Assembly (NCBI GenBank): GCA_964016885.1
Contig: OZ024740.1
Location: forward strand, 194,060,001 to 194,124,000
Length of the DNA stretch: 64,000 bases
DNA from: Eledone cirrhosa
Taxonomy: Eukaryota
Reading direction: 5' to 3'
Shown in pieces: positions 1-13,680 of the stretch (positions are counted from its first letter, which is position 1; each line of letters starts with the position of its first letter). The position numbers and the translations under genes are program-made. The notes under the pieces are model-generated. The model did not search any database, was not told the DNA's origin, and saw only the letters and a program-made list of their open reading frames with translations.

Positions 1-377
1 AAAAATTGAGCAAGTATAAGGACCTGGAGATAGAAATTGGAAAAATGTGGAAATTGAGAACTAAAACAATACCAGTGGTTGTAGGCGCTCTAGGAATGAT
101 ACCTAAGGGGTCTAATGATTACTTATCGCAAATCCCACGAAACCCGCGTATAGGAGAAATACAAAAGATAGTACTAATGGGAACTGCTCATATACTTAGG
201 AAGATTCTGTTAATATAAGTACATCACAAGTCTAAACACTAAAGATGCATGTGTATGTATGTTCTTTTTTTAACATGGCGGACCTTGTTGTCTCTTGAGG
301 TCACTGGTTGTGACTTGGTGATAACTCGTTGAAGATAAAGCAAAATAAATGCAACTGTAATAATAATAATAATAATC
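1..377 (+). mobile_element. 3' end of R4/Dong-clade non-LTR retrotransposon (RLE C-terminus, 3' UTR, (TAA)n tail)
   Basis: ORF 6-218 KYKDL..IPVVVGALG..IQKIVLMGTAHILRK is the typical C-terminus of the restriction-like endonuclease; ends in a (TAA)n run at ~358-377. Confidence 0.85.
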
Positions 378-2455
378 ACCAGGCCCCTAAGGTGTGCAGG
401 AGTATTGGATTAAAAATATAACATCCCTCCACCCGAAACTGACAACCATGTTCAATGACCTCTTGATATCGGGTGAGGTACCAGAGTGGTTGACAAAAAG
501 TACCACAGTTCTGGTAATGAAAGACCGAATCAAGGATAATGATTTTACCAACTATAGACCTATCACATATTTGTCCGTAATGTGGAAAATGTTAACTAGC
601 ATTGTGTCTAGGGAATCTACCATCACCTCCACATAAACAACTTCTTATCGGACGAACAGATAGGATGCTGAAAGAAGTCCCGTGGTACAAAAGACCAGTT
701 ACTTATTGATAAGATGGTAATGAGGAATTGCAGGATGAGACACACTGGTCTTGCCATTGGATGGATAGATTACAAAAAGCCATTCGACATGGTACCTCAT
801 TCTTGGATAACCAAAAGCCTGGAGAACTTGAAGGTGGCAGATAACATCAGACAGTTGTTGAGGAAAAGTACGACGTCCTGGGAAACAGAGTTAACATCGG
901 ATGGAGAATCCTTGGTAGGCGTGAAGATCAAGAGGGGTATCTTCCAGGGAGATATTTTTCCCCTATGCTGTTTGTCCTTGCCCTGATACCCCTGACTATT
1001 ATATTGCGAAAAGTGAGAGAAGGATACAAGTTGGGAAAAGGAGAGCTTACCATCAACCACCTCCTCTTCATGGACGATTTTAAACTCTTTGGGAAGAGTG
1101 AGTAGTTGGATGTACTTGTTGACACTGTCCATATTTTCACAATGATATATGTATGGAATTTGGTATTAGTAAGTGTGGAGTCCTAGTGATGAAAAGGGGT
1201 AAATTGAGCAGAAGCAACGGAATCCAGGTACCAACAGGTGAGATGATAAAGGAAATTGACACTGAAGAAGAATACAAATATTTAGGTGTTCTGGAGGCTG
1301 ATGACATCAAGAACAAAAAAATGAAGGAATTGATAAGATCTGAGTACATTCGGAGAGTAAGGAGCGTATGAAAATCACATCTGAACAGTAGGAATGCTAT
1401 AAGTGCAGTAAATTCCAGAGCCGTGTCTATTACTAGGTACAATGCGGGAATTCTGAAATGGAATGTTGCTGAACAAAAAGAAATGGATAGGAAGACTAGG
1501 AAGCTATTGACTATCTACAACATGTTCCACAAGAGGAGTGATGTCGATAGACTCTACTTAAGGAGATCTGAAGGTGGAAGAGGTCTTATCAGCATAGAGG
1601 ACTGTGTTCAGGTGAAGAAAAACAACCTGCACAAATACGTGACTGACAGTAGGGACCGAATGCTCAAAATTATACTGAAGGAGAAGACCAGGGGATGTCC
1701 AAGGAGGAAATAACTACAAGGAGGAAGTGCAACCTTCATATTACCTTCTTTAAGAAAACTGAATTTAGAGATACACAGACATGGAACTGGCTAAAAAGAG
1801 GAAACCTTAAAAAGGATACAGAAGGAATGCTAATTGCTGCGCAAAGCACGCCCTCAGAACGAAGTGGGTGAAACACCATATTTACAAGGAGGAGGCTAGC
1901 CCACTGTGTAGGATCTGGGGAGAGAGAGAGGAGACTGTGGCTCACATTGTATCCGAGTGTAAACACCTAGCCCAGACTCACTATAAAGGCTGGAGACATG
2001 ATGTGATAGGCAGGGTGATCCACTGGCACCTATGCAAAGTAAACAATTTACCACATTCTGAGAAGTGGTATGAGCATAAACCAGAGTCGGTGAAAGAAAA
2101 TGATCAGGTGAAGATGCTGTGGGATTTTAGAATACAGACGGACAAGAAATTAGAACATAATAGGCCTGACCTGGTGGTTTTGGACAAGGAAAAAAGATCG
2201 TGCCTGATTGTAGATGTAGCCAGCCCATTTGTCACGCGAGTGCAAGAAAAGGAGAACGAGAAAATTAACCGATACCAGGACTTAAAGTGGGAGGTAAAAA
2301 GCATTTGGAACTGCCATGAAATCAAGGTCATCCCGATTGTCATAGGCACACTAGGTACTATCTCAAAGACTATCCAAGGATGGATAAAGAAGATTAGTCC
2401 AGCCCCGCTTTTGGGAACACTTCAAAAGGCATGCTTGCTGGGAACAGCAAGAGTG
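378..2455 (+). pseudogene. 5'-truncated, frameshifted R4/Dong-clade LINE (RT + CCHC + RLE)
   Basis: [26 protein letters not shown] (atggacgat ~1070), YKYLG, CRIW..ETVAHIVSEC, RHD, NRPDLVV, YQDLK, LQKACLLGTAR across ORFs 394-2515. Confidence 0.9.
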
Positions 2456-2494
2456 GACGACAGGCATGACTGTAGCCATTGTAATTGCGGTGAA

Positions 2495-3013
2495 ATCTAC
2501 AGTGGCTGCTTTTAAACTTTTGACCTGAACATTGTTTACCGTTTCAAGGTCGAAAATTTCCATATTCTTTTTTTGGTGGGGAAGCGATTTTTTTCGAAGT
2601 TTTTAAGAATAAATCTGAATATTCGAGCTTAAAGCCGAATATTGGGAGGTATCACTCCCTTGAAACCAAGATGTGTACCTTATGTTTCGTTAACGACAAG
2701 AAAATACAAAAATGATACTTTAAAACAGCTTAAAGTTACGAACCTTTTTCCCCCGCAGATTTGCACTGTCTTCACACATGTGCGTCCATAATAATAATAA
2801 TGATAGTAGTAGTTGTAGTTGTGGTTAGATCTACAGTGGCTGCTTTTGAACTTTTGACCTGAACGTTGTTTACCGTTTCAAGGTCGAAAATTTCCATATT
2901 TATTTTTGGTGGGGAAGCGATTATTTCGAAGTTTTTTTAAATAAATCTGAATATTCGTGCTTAAAGCCCGAATATTGAGAGGTCTCCCTTCCTTGGAACC
3001 AATGTGGGTACCT
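2495..3013. repeat. Two diverged ~185 bp direct repeats (2495-2680, 2829-3013)
   Basis: atctacagtggctgctttt...tttgacctgaac..aaggtcgaaaatttcc occurs twice, 334 bp apart. Confidence 0.85.
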
Positions 3014-3429
3014 TAATAATAATATCGGACCACATGTGTAAATAAAGAAACTGAATATCAGCCGCACCACTACTCAGAATTTTAAATCAAAACAAAAAGA
3101 AAAACGATATATGTAAGTAACAAACTTTATTGATTATATTACACATACATGTATTATAAACACAACAAAAAATGTACACAAAACAAACATGCAGATATAC
3201 AGACGTATAAACTATTTGAAGAAGAGAAACAATCGTAGACCGGACGACACGTTGCTTATTTCGAGGAGTAAGTTTTGTTTAATCTGGTATTCCCTAACAC
3301 GAAAATGCAACAAAATTATTTCACTACTTATCTCTACAAATAATCTGACGCTAGTTGTGAGAGCTGCATACATATTTTTATATATTTACCCATTACAATT
3401 GCTGTTTACATATTATTACATCCCTTTAC

Positions 3430-3536
3430 GATCGAGGTTAACTTTGCCTTTCATCCTTACGGGGTCGATAAAATAAAGTACCAGTAATGCACTGAGAGAT
3501 TTGCTGGCATTGTGCCAAAAGTAGAAACAATTATTA
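3430..3536 (+). mobile_element. SINE fragment with Meta-like core
   Basis: actttgcctttcatccttacggggtcgataaaataaagtaccag; also at 10838-10945 (-), 56935-57040 (+), 59003-59190 (-). Confidence 0.75.
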
Positions 3537-4269
3537 GAAAAAAAGAAACAGACATAGATCGGAATACATGCTGTTTATTTCGGGGGATAAGTTCTGTTTA
3601 ATCAAAAATCCGACTAATTACTATGCAATCAACTCCGTGGCTGAAGATGTGAAAGGTGCATATATATTTTTAAATATTTCCCCAATACAATTTTCTTTTT
3701 TTACATTTTGGTCAATTGTGGCTAAATTTCACATTTTGAAAGGAAGATGGACAGTTGAAAGATCACTTCTCTCTCCCACCACCACATTCACCACCACTTC
3801 CTCACACATTCACACCAATAAATCCCCAATCTATTTTTAGACTACTGTCACTGACTGCTACCTACCTCCCTTCTCAGTGTCTAATGTGTTGGTATATATA
3901 TATATATATATGTATGTATATACATACGTGTGTATAAGTATGCACGTGTGAGTGTATATTTATGTATATGTATGGAGCCCACATAAAGGACAAAACAAAG
4001 GGGGGAAAAAAAGAATACTAGCACCCCATTTTCACCTCAAACTCAAAATAAACAGAAACTAAAACCGGAGAAGCAACTTTAATAAGCTACAAGGTCACCC
4101 TACCCACTACCACTCCAAGCACCCCAACCCCAGTATTAATCTCCCGGCCACCGCCAACGCCACCACTCACACCACAAGAACAGTTGAGAAAATTCTCGTA
4201 CACCACTTACAGCTGCAACCATAACAATATCACCTCAATCAACAACAGCAATTACCATAACTATACTGC

Positions 4270-7200
4270 TATAACAGTAATAATGATCTCAGTGCCAGCC
4301 AGCAAATGCACTACGCAAAGAGCCGGGCTACTTTCCACGTACGTCCAATACCATGCGTAACGTAAGCATGTACTGCGAGATGAACAAATTAAAATGAATA
4401 CACTATACCAAATCGCTTTTCCTATGGTTAATCAGGAAACGCGCCCCTCAGGAAGGTGCTAACCTGAGATCGAAAAGTCCTCCTCTGGAACACACTTTTC
4501 TCCAATTATGGACTTGGATGGCCACTTGCTCGTGGATTGCCCTAACTCGAGCCCTCTACATCTACCACCCAAACCACATCAAAAAGAAAAACCTAAAAGG
4601 ATGAAATGGACCCGAGAAGATTATAAAGAAGTAATATTACTATGCATTAGGTAAGCCATCACAAGACAGACACACTTTAAAATCCTACAAAATCTGGAAA
4701 ACTTAGAATCAAGCTAGCAGACGTGATATGGATGAAAATAAGTTGACAAATGTAAGGAGGTATATCTTCAGAAATAATAGACTCACAGACACTGAACTAA
4801 CTACGATCAAGCAGGCTGTGGAGAATGGCATAAATATAAATGACGAAAGAACTGAATAATCTCCTGGAGATAGTAGACAGTCACAAGTTTTTACTGAGAG
4901 ACATCCATCTGACCAAATCACAAATAGGTTTGTAGAAATGAGAAAGCCCCATTGAAGCCGCTGAAAATAGCCAGGAGAGGGACTTAGTAACAGTAATTGA
5001 AAAGCAAACATCTGCTGAAGTACACAGGGAGACTATGAAGGAATTAAAGCCAAAAATACTGAATGAGCTTGCAGTAGTAAGACATGCTAGTATAAATGAT
5101 AGAGAACCACTTCAAAAACTCCCAAATATAATCCAAAATAGAAAACAAATAATGATTGGTAATTCTGTGATAGAAGAACTAGAACCTGATCTTACTGAGT
5201 TAAATGAAATCATTTATGAATCTGGTAGAGTAATTGAAACAAGTTGCTTACCACCAAAAAAACAAAAATAGTAGAACCTTCGAGGTAAACCAATTTGGAG
5301 GAATAGAATCGAAAAGGAGATTGACGTAATGAGAGGAGAAATTTCTTTATTGAGTGAGTTAACCGCTGGAAATGATATAAGATCCAAGAAGGTAAGAAAG
5401 CTAAAGATAAAATATTGACTGTATTCTAGAGAAGCAATAGTTTCAACAAAAGAATCTCTGAAACAAGTAAAAGCCCAACGAATTCGTAGATTCGAGAAGC
5501 GAAACAACTTCTACAGGCAAAATAGATTGTTCTCATCCAATGCCAAGTTATTTTATAGAGAAGTAGGGAAGAAAATATGTATTATTGAAGACTTCTTGAA
5601 AACTTCTGGAGTAAGATTTTGAGTGATGAGAAGACATATAATGCTAATGTAGATTGGATTAGTCGCCTGGAAAAATCCTACACAAATTTAGAAGAACAGG
5701 CATGGGAAGACATCTCTATAGCGGAATTAAGGACAGCACTAAATAAATCTCATAAATGGAAATCTCCTAGTAGAGACAGGGTGCCAAATTTCTGGCTTTC
5801 CTCACTCCCGTGCACTCACAGTATATTGGTCAAGCTGTTTAATGGAATTATGAAAGATCCAAAAAATAGACCTGATTGGATAGCAAGTGGCATTACCTAC
5901 CTTCTACCAAAGAACAACGAAAACAAAGGTCCAAAAAACTATCGGCCTATAACCTGCTTGTCCACCACTTATAAACTATTAACCTCTATTCTCATGGAAA
6001 AAGCATACGTGTTGGAGGAGAGCAATCTTTTCCCCAATGAACAAAAAAGGTGCCGACGAGGTTCATATGGTTGCTAAGATCAACTTTTGATTAATCGTAT
6101 GATCCCTGAGAGCTGTCATAATAAACACAGAAATCTCAGTTCTGCATGGATCGATTATAAAAAAGCCTTTGGCAGCATACCACATTCATGGATTCTGAGA
6201 TCACAGGACATCTTCAAAATCTCACCTGTGATCTCAAACTTCCTGAAACACAATATGTCATTATGGAACACAAATCTCCAATGTTCTCATTCCACTGGGG
6301 TACTGTGCTCTCGGAATATAAACATCAACTGTGGTATATTCCAGGGTGACTCACTTGCACCCTTGCTTTTCTGCATAGCTTTAATACCCCTTACGTCCGT
6401 GCTTAATAGAAAAGGGTACGGTTATAGAATTGACAACAAAAAAATAAGCCAGATATTTTATATGGATGGTTTGAAGCTATATTGCAAAGATAATGACGAA
6501 CTGGAAGGCCTTTTGCGGACAGTAAAAACGTTTAGCGATGACATCAGGCTGGAGTTTGGACTTGACAAGTGTGCAAAGGCCACTTTCAAGAAGGGGAAGC
6601 TTGTCAACTCAGACTCAGTTGAATTGGAAGCAGAAACAATCATAAGGGAACTTGAGCAGGAACAAAGCTATAAATACTTAGGGACTACTGAGGACTCTGG
6701 CATACAGCATGCAAGTATGAAAGAGAGGAAAGGAAAAGAATGTTACAGGAGAGTACGTGCAGTTCTGAGATCAAAACTAAACGCTCGTAACAAGGTGCTA
6801 GCCATAAATTCCTTGGCAGTCCCAGTTGTCACTTATAGCTTCGGTGTTCGGTGTGTTGAACTGGAATATGAGTGAAATCAAAAGAATCGACACCAAAGTC
6901 CGTAAGCTACTGACCTGTAATAGGATGCACCACCCAAAAGCGGATGTGGATCGTCTTTTACTTTCCTAGAACTCAAGGAGACCGTTGCCTTATCCAATTT
7001 GAACTTGATTTCAAGACCACCACCATTGGACTGGCCAAATACCTTGAAACAACTAACGACTGTATGCTGAAACTTGTTGAAAAGCATGAGAGAAGTAAGA
7101 AGCTTCATTCTATATTGAAAGAGAGCAAATAATATGCTACTGATGTCATGCTTGATACCCAGGATGAACAGACTAAAGAAACTGTTGCAACTGATGCTGC

Positions 7201-8250
7201 TAGACACATAAAAATCAATGGCAAAAGCAAAAGGGCAAGGACAATTAACATCACATTGGGAGCGGAAACCTCTGCATGGCAAATATGTGGCCCGTAGCAA
7301 ACAAGCTGGTGTTGACCAAAAGCACATCCATCAGTGGCTACGTAGTTGAGGGCTAAAGGCGGTGAGTGAAGGCTTCATCTTAGCTGCCCAAGATCAAAGC
7401 TTATTGACTGGTAATTACCAGGCCAATGTGATGAGAAACGGAATAAACCCAAAGTGCCGATTCTGCAATGAAGGTTGAAACAGTGGATCACTTAGTCTCT
7501 GGATGTAAAGTTTTAGCACCAGTAGAATACAAATATAGACATGACAGAGTTGGCTAATATCTACACTGGGTAATTTGTCGGCATTACAAAATCAAAGCTG
7601 AAGACAAGTGGTACAATCATCACCCTGAGGCTTAAACTGAAGTAGAAAAAGTAACAATTCTCTGGGACTTTCCTGTACATACTGACAGGACCATAAAAGC
7701 AAATAGACCTGACATCATTATAAAAGATCAACCTAACAAGGTCTGTTTGTTGATAGATATGAGCATCTCATGTCATCACAATATCGGGGCAAAAGAATTT
7801 GACAAGCTACGAAAATATAAAGCTCCGCTTATTGAAATTGAGAAAATGTGGCACCTCAAGGCCGTTACAATACCAGTGATTTTGGGAGGACTGGGAATGA
7901 TAAAGAAAGGAACGGAACAATATTTGCGAATGATTCCTGGTTTACCCTTCTGTACGAGGTGCAAAAGATTGTTTTGACTGGTACTGCACACGTATTGAGA
8001 AGAGCACTATCTCTGTAAGATTGAAATCCCTCCTTGTATTTACATATGCATATGCACATGTGTATATATGTATACTGTTTTTTTTTCGTTTGTTTTTTTT
8101 AATTATAATCAATGTGCTGTATTAACTGGCTTACCAATGCACACTGTGAATTTATTTGCCCTAGGTGTGAGGAAGACACTCGGCATATATCTCAGAAACA
8201 ATAATGAAAGAAAATAAAAATAACAAAAATAATAATAATAATAATAATAA
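4270..8250 (+). mobile_element. Near full-length degenerate R4/Dong-clade LINE
   Basis: N-terminal KRMKWTREDY (~4600); KSPSRD, NYRPITCL, WIDYKKAF, GIFQGDSLAPLLF, FYMDG, YKYLG; CRFC and RHD (~7455-7545); NRPDII; stop ~8018; (TAA)n tail 8228-8250. 5' boundary uncertain. Confidence 0.9.
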
Positions 8251-8580
8251 ATAAAATAAAACAAAGACGAGTGGTTACTCCTTCATTATGTTTATTGGTT
8301 GGGAACGCGCGTTTCGCCACCGATCAGCTCAAGGTTCGATCTGTATTGATCTAGCCCGACTTAAATCAATGGCTCGTCGGACCTCTTTGGTGGTAATGAC
8401 AGACCGGTGGTGAAACGCGCGTCATCAACCAATAAATGCAATGAAACGGTAACCACTCGTTCTAGTTTTATTTTATTATACTACACTCTTCCTAGATCTA
8501 CACCTTGATATCGACGTGAACCTAAACATCGAGAGCTCATCTAGGTAAAGCTACAGTAACTCCACGTTACACTCCCTGGA
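8250..8580 (+). repeat. Fold-back PLE terminal-repeat fragment with HHR 3' half
   Basis: Arms ~8250-8325 and ~8400-8480 are imperfect reverse complements; gaaacgcgcgtc (GAAA, palindromic stem III, GUC); the CUGANGA half is degenerate. Confidence 0.6.
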
Positions 8581-8648
8581 TATATATATATACACATCCC
8601 TGGATATATATCATATATATATATCCCTGTATATATATATATATATAT

Positions 8649-8723
<75 letters not shown>

Positions 8724-9904
8724 CTTCTGACATTTAGTTCTCATTTTAACATTCTCTCTGAAATTAGCTTCAAGTTAAAAAATTAGTTTTACCATGTATT
8801 TTTGTATTTTGAAACATTTTATACTAATTATATTATTTGATTCTGCCGTACCGGGATATATTTCAAATCTAGCCCGTTAGAATTAGCAATGTGTTGATGT
8901 TTTGTAGCGATGTGTGACTATTTTGTTTTCTGGTCTTTTGACAAATATATTGATTTTCTCTCAACTCTCGGGGGAGGTAGTGTTGTTATTGCTTTTCTAT
9001 TTATTTCTATTACTTTGACTGCGTTTTATGCAGAAATTTGACAATACGGGCGCTATAGATAACGGTTGTGAATATTTGTAACGTCATTAATGCCAGAATC
9101 AAGATAGAAAAGACAGAAAAAAATAACACAGAAACATTAATCCCGAACAGGAACAATAGAAATGCATAAGATGTGAATGCAAATCTTGCAACGACACAAA
9201 GACAGATTTGTGAAGCAGAGCATTATAAATAATTGCAATATTCACATTTAAATTTATTGGAGGAAGAAGTTTAAGAAATTAAGCAATACGAAGAAGATTT
9301 CACTTATCCCCACTCATGAATGCAATGGTCAAAAATTTGAAATAAAAACAACATTTTGATGTGTTTGCGAGAAGAGAATGCTTCTAAAATAAACAATTCT
9401 AGACAACAAATCCATAATTTCAACTTTGACTAACTGAAGTAGCTCCATACTATCAGATTCTAAACTGATGAGGAGTGATGGATTCGAAACAATAGACCTT
9501 GTCAGAGGGTCGTGATTCATGACTAGAGACGTAGTCTACAGCAAAACGCCGATTTCACAAGATCTTTTTCGCTACTTTCCAAGGAATAAATTGATTGTGT
9601 ATGATAGTCCACCGTATGACCTATATTAATACATGCCACGCATTCGTCTTGGCAGCAGTTTACTGCAGCTGAATGTAGATTGGGGAGCATTCCATCTTGA
9701 CTGAGACTGTGAACGGTAATGCCAAGAAGAAAAGCCTCGGACACAGGTGTTAGCAATAACCAACTTAAGACAGGTCTGAAGATTTCGATAGAAGTACTCT
9801 TCAAGAAAGGAAAGAGTAGTCAGAGATGCCTCCACATTCTCTCGACATCTATTCTCAAGTCGGCATACTTTACGATTTTATCGTTTTCTTTCCCTTTGAA
9901 GTAA

Positions 9905-10360
9905 TGGTTTCCTATGCAAGCTACATCGATCATCAAACATCTCCTTTTAGTACCGCCTTTTAGTACCTCCCCACCAAAATTATGTCTGGCCTTGTATTTT
10001 CAAGAACTCTTTCCGTCTTTATTATAAATCCAACAAGCGTTTCACCGTTTGATTGTGTAGGGCGTTTTCTGGTTTGATGTAAGTACACTTTATCCTGGAC
10101 CCCTTTATATTCTCTCTGCGCAAGCAAGCCACAGACACTAGCGATGTGTGTCGCAAATTTCATTTTCTTTACACATAACCTACACATATCTGTATCACCT
10201 GGGTTATTCCTATCGCGTTTGTGTTTAATGATTGATCTGGAGCAGCTATTAATAAGCTTTCAGATTCTGTTAAGATCACCTTCGTCAACCAATCCCATGA
10301 AGACCCTACTTTTACTTGCTTCGTTTCTACTCATCCCTGTGCTCAATTCCTCAGCCAGCA
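9905..10360 (-). pseudogene. R4/Dong RLE-domain fragment
   Basis: ORF 9960-10187: CRLC..THIASVC.LLAQREY..NTRPDIIL. Confidence 0.75.
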
Positions 10361-10837
10361 GCCTGTGTTTGTAGTTTTCTTTACTTTTGTTGGTTTCAAT
10401 TCATAGGCAACTGTTGTATGTATATATATATGCGTGTGTATGGATGTATGTGTATGTGCATGTTTACGTATGCGTGTTTGCACTCGCATGTGTGTGTATC
10501 TTGGAGTTTATGCATGCGTAGGTGTTTAGGCAGTCTTTAAATTAAATTCATGTAGTGCAATGTTTATCAGTTTTGAATAGAATAACATTTAAGAATGACT
10601 TTATATGAAAGTCACACCTGTTTGAGAGGGCGTATATTATATAGTAATAAATACGTTATTTATATACTATATTATGGTATTTTCCTATCAAAAGGACAAA
10701 GGAAATGTGGTGATGTTTATAGAAATTAATGATTTTTTACCCGAAATGTTATTGAAGAATTTTTTAATTGTATCATCTAGTAACTATAATCTGTCGTAAA
10801 ATATATGAAAAGGTGAGTTTGATTTTTATTCAAATAA

Positions 10838-10945
10838 TTGTTTCTACTTTTGGCACAAGGCCAGCAATTAACCCAGTGTATTACTGGTACTTTATTTTAT
10901 CGACCCCGAAAGGATGAAAGGCAAAGTTAACCTCGGCGGGATTCA
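10838..10945 (-). mobile_element. Meta-like SINE fragment
   Basis: ctggtactttattttatcgaccccgaaaggatgaaaggcaaagttaacctcg. Confidence 0.75.
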
Positions 10946-11714
10946 AATAATAATGTCATGTGTGTTATGAATTAGTATTCGTAAGGCAATATAAACATTC
11001 TGCTTATCCAGTACTAAGCTAAAATAAGAAATTTAAGCTATTCACCAATGAATGAAGCCATTTTTATTAGTGTTCTACTTCATATAACTGTTTTACGTTT
11101 AGGATTTGGGAATTGGCATTGTTTGTTCTTTTTTTTTTTGCAGGCACATCCTCCATTAAAATATTTGTTACATTTCATTTGTTGTTATTTATCAATGATT
11201 GACACATTAAACGTTAAATAAAAAAAAGGCAAGAACAACTAATTTTGAATTCCTGAATTGTAGTCACTCAACATTCAAATGCCAGAGTAAACATCGTCAG
11301 AGAATCAGTTTATTTTAAAGTATTAAATAAAATAGAATATAACGAATTGCTAACAACTTAACTCAACATTTTGATTTTTGATTTGCATATTTCAAAGTCA
11401 GTCAAATAAGGAAGACGTCGCAACGTAACATAATGCAACTATTCAAATGTGATTATATTTGCATTTAAACTAATGTTTTTCATTTTATAAAACTGTTAAT
11501 ACAATTAATCGATCAAGAAGCCATTTGAAAATTATACAAATTCAGCGTATTTCATTAAGGAACTATATAGTCCTCGTCTTGAATTGAAATCTTTTCTCTG
11601 TACCAATATTAATGTATTCTAACTGTTTTTAAATATTTCTTTATTTGGCGGTAAAGGTAGACAGAACCAATGTAAAAACAGTAGGTTTTAATAAACTTCT
11701 TTGCTCACTTATTC

Positions 11715-13120
11715 TTGAGAGGGTTGGGGTGCGGGGGGAGGGAGTTTGCCAACACTTCTTCCTGTGGATCCTGTCAGAACCAACCCTATCCAAGTGATCC
11801 GCCTAGAATCCCAAGCGTGCGCAGCCGACATCATAGATGTTATTCAACCGTCCTGGCTCTCCTTCCGGTTGGTTTTGTCCGTAAAGTCTGTCCAGCGATT
11901 CTTTCCTGATAGTTTCTAACCACATTCCCATAATATCGGGGCTGTGATCTCTTAATTCGGAGAACTAGCGGCTCTATCTGTAATAGCTCTCTGATCTCCG
12001 AGTCACTCACTATATCGAGTAAAGTTACTCCAAAGACCCTTCGAATTAACCATATTTCGAACGCTTCTCTCTCGATCGTATTATTTCCGCCAATAGCCAT
12101 TAGCAATGCTTGGCTCGAATACCGAATGGAAGATACCTAGTTTGGATTTTCACCTACTTTTTCTGATTACCGAAAACTGAAGCTGTCGCATTACTGCACC
12201 AGCTTTTGTAATTCTAGATTAGAGAGTGACTCCAGGTAGAGCCGCTATTTCTCCGAATTGAGAGATCACAGCTCCAATACTATGAGCTTGTGGTTAGAAT
12301 GTCTCAGGAAATAATGCCCTTGCATTCCTTTATACATGAACACAGCCCTACTTCAGTGGAACTCCATTCACGTGTAGTGTGCACTATGCAGGCTCCTATG
12401 TCTCAATTTTCGCAATAATGATGTTCATTCTCTCCGTGCCGTACTGGGCATCAAACCTATCGAGTGCAAATCGGATATCACCTTCTGTCGAATTAAGTAA
12501 TACCATGTCGTGTGCAAATTCTAGCCGGCTGATTCTACGCCTGCTAGTCGGGATACGACTTCCAAACCCCGCTGCGCATGTCAATCCTGTTCATTAAAAT
12601 AATGAACAAGAGAATTGACAGTACACACCTTTCGTGGAGTCCGACTCCCACATTGAATGAATTCGATTTAGCACCCTTTATCCGAACTCAAATAATAGGG
12701 CATTCGTATAGAGACATCAAAGCAACAAAAGCTGATGATCGAACTCTTACTCATGTAAAAGGTTCCACAGCAGGTCCATGGAACGAGTTCATATTCCTGT
12801 AGTCTATGCATCAATACTATACCTCTTAGCATTTCCTCCCAAGACCTATCAAAGAGAAGCCACAGTGTTTGAGAAAGTAACAGATTGGTAATTGGCGCGA
12901 ATAAGACCACGAAATGTGCAATATGGTGAGAGGTAAGTAAAAGAATTATACATCTTCCTTCGCGTGGATTAACAAGTGATGTGTTCAAGCCTTAGGTAGA
13001 GGGGATTGTTCTGAAATATATATTGCCGTCTCCTCTTCAAGACATAAAACTGACGATGGGTTTGCGACATCTCATGGGAGACGTGGGCTGGAGACACAAT
13101 GATTGCGTATCCAGATGCCG
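11715..13120 (-). pseudogene. Degenerate RTE-clade LINE, RT and C-terminal part
   Basis: Minus strand: FNVGVGL, LLFIILMNRID, FAHDMVLL, SDSEIRELLQIEPL..YYGNVVR..KPTGRRAR. Confidence 0.75.
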
Positions 13121-13129
13121 CAAAAAGTA

Positions 13130-13680
13130 TTCAGGAGGGAGCTAACATTGACATTTGAGACTAGAACATCACAGCCCGTGCAGGTAAGGAGCAGGAATTA
13201 GCGGAGGAGGCTAGACACTACTGACTAAATATTGGCGGGGTTTCCTCAACACAGTTTCATGGCTCTCATACTGTAGATTTGAATGGAGGATGGACACTCC
13301 ACATTCAGGTGTGGCGCCAGGGCAAACGGGGATACTCACAAGAGCCTGGCTGTCAGAATCTGTTGCTGATTGTATCCCATTGGGAGGGAGAATTTGCCTC
13401 TTGAAATGTACGCTGAAAGATAGGTATCTATGAGAGGTGCAAGTTTATGCACAAACAAGTAGTCCAAATACATTTTACCTTGGTGAAGTCAATGCAGCGT
13501 TAGATGTAATAAGAGCCGAGTCATATATCTTAATGGGAGACTTCAATCCATGTGTTGGCACCGACCATCTGACATGGAAATGAGTTATTGGAAGGAAAGG
13601 CGATCCCGATCTAAATCCAAATGGCAAAGTGTTATTAGAATTCTCTTTTAACAATGTACTCTCTATTATGTACACCTGCT
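13130..13680 (+). pseudogene. RTE AP-endonuclease domain, inverted relative to the adjacent RT part
   Basis: Plus strand: GKEQELAEEARHY, GVSST, VDLNGGW, QVYA, ILMGDFNPCVG, DLNPNGKVLLEF. Confidence 0.75.

Noticed and set aside
4290-4390. HDV-like ribozyme at the 5' end of the R4 element
   Set aside because: A ttccacgt loop-like string is present, but I could not build the P1/P2 pairings
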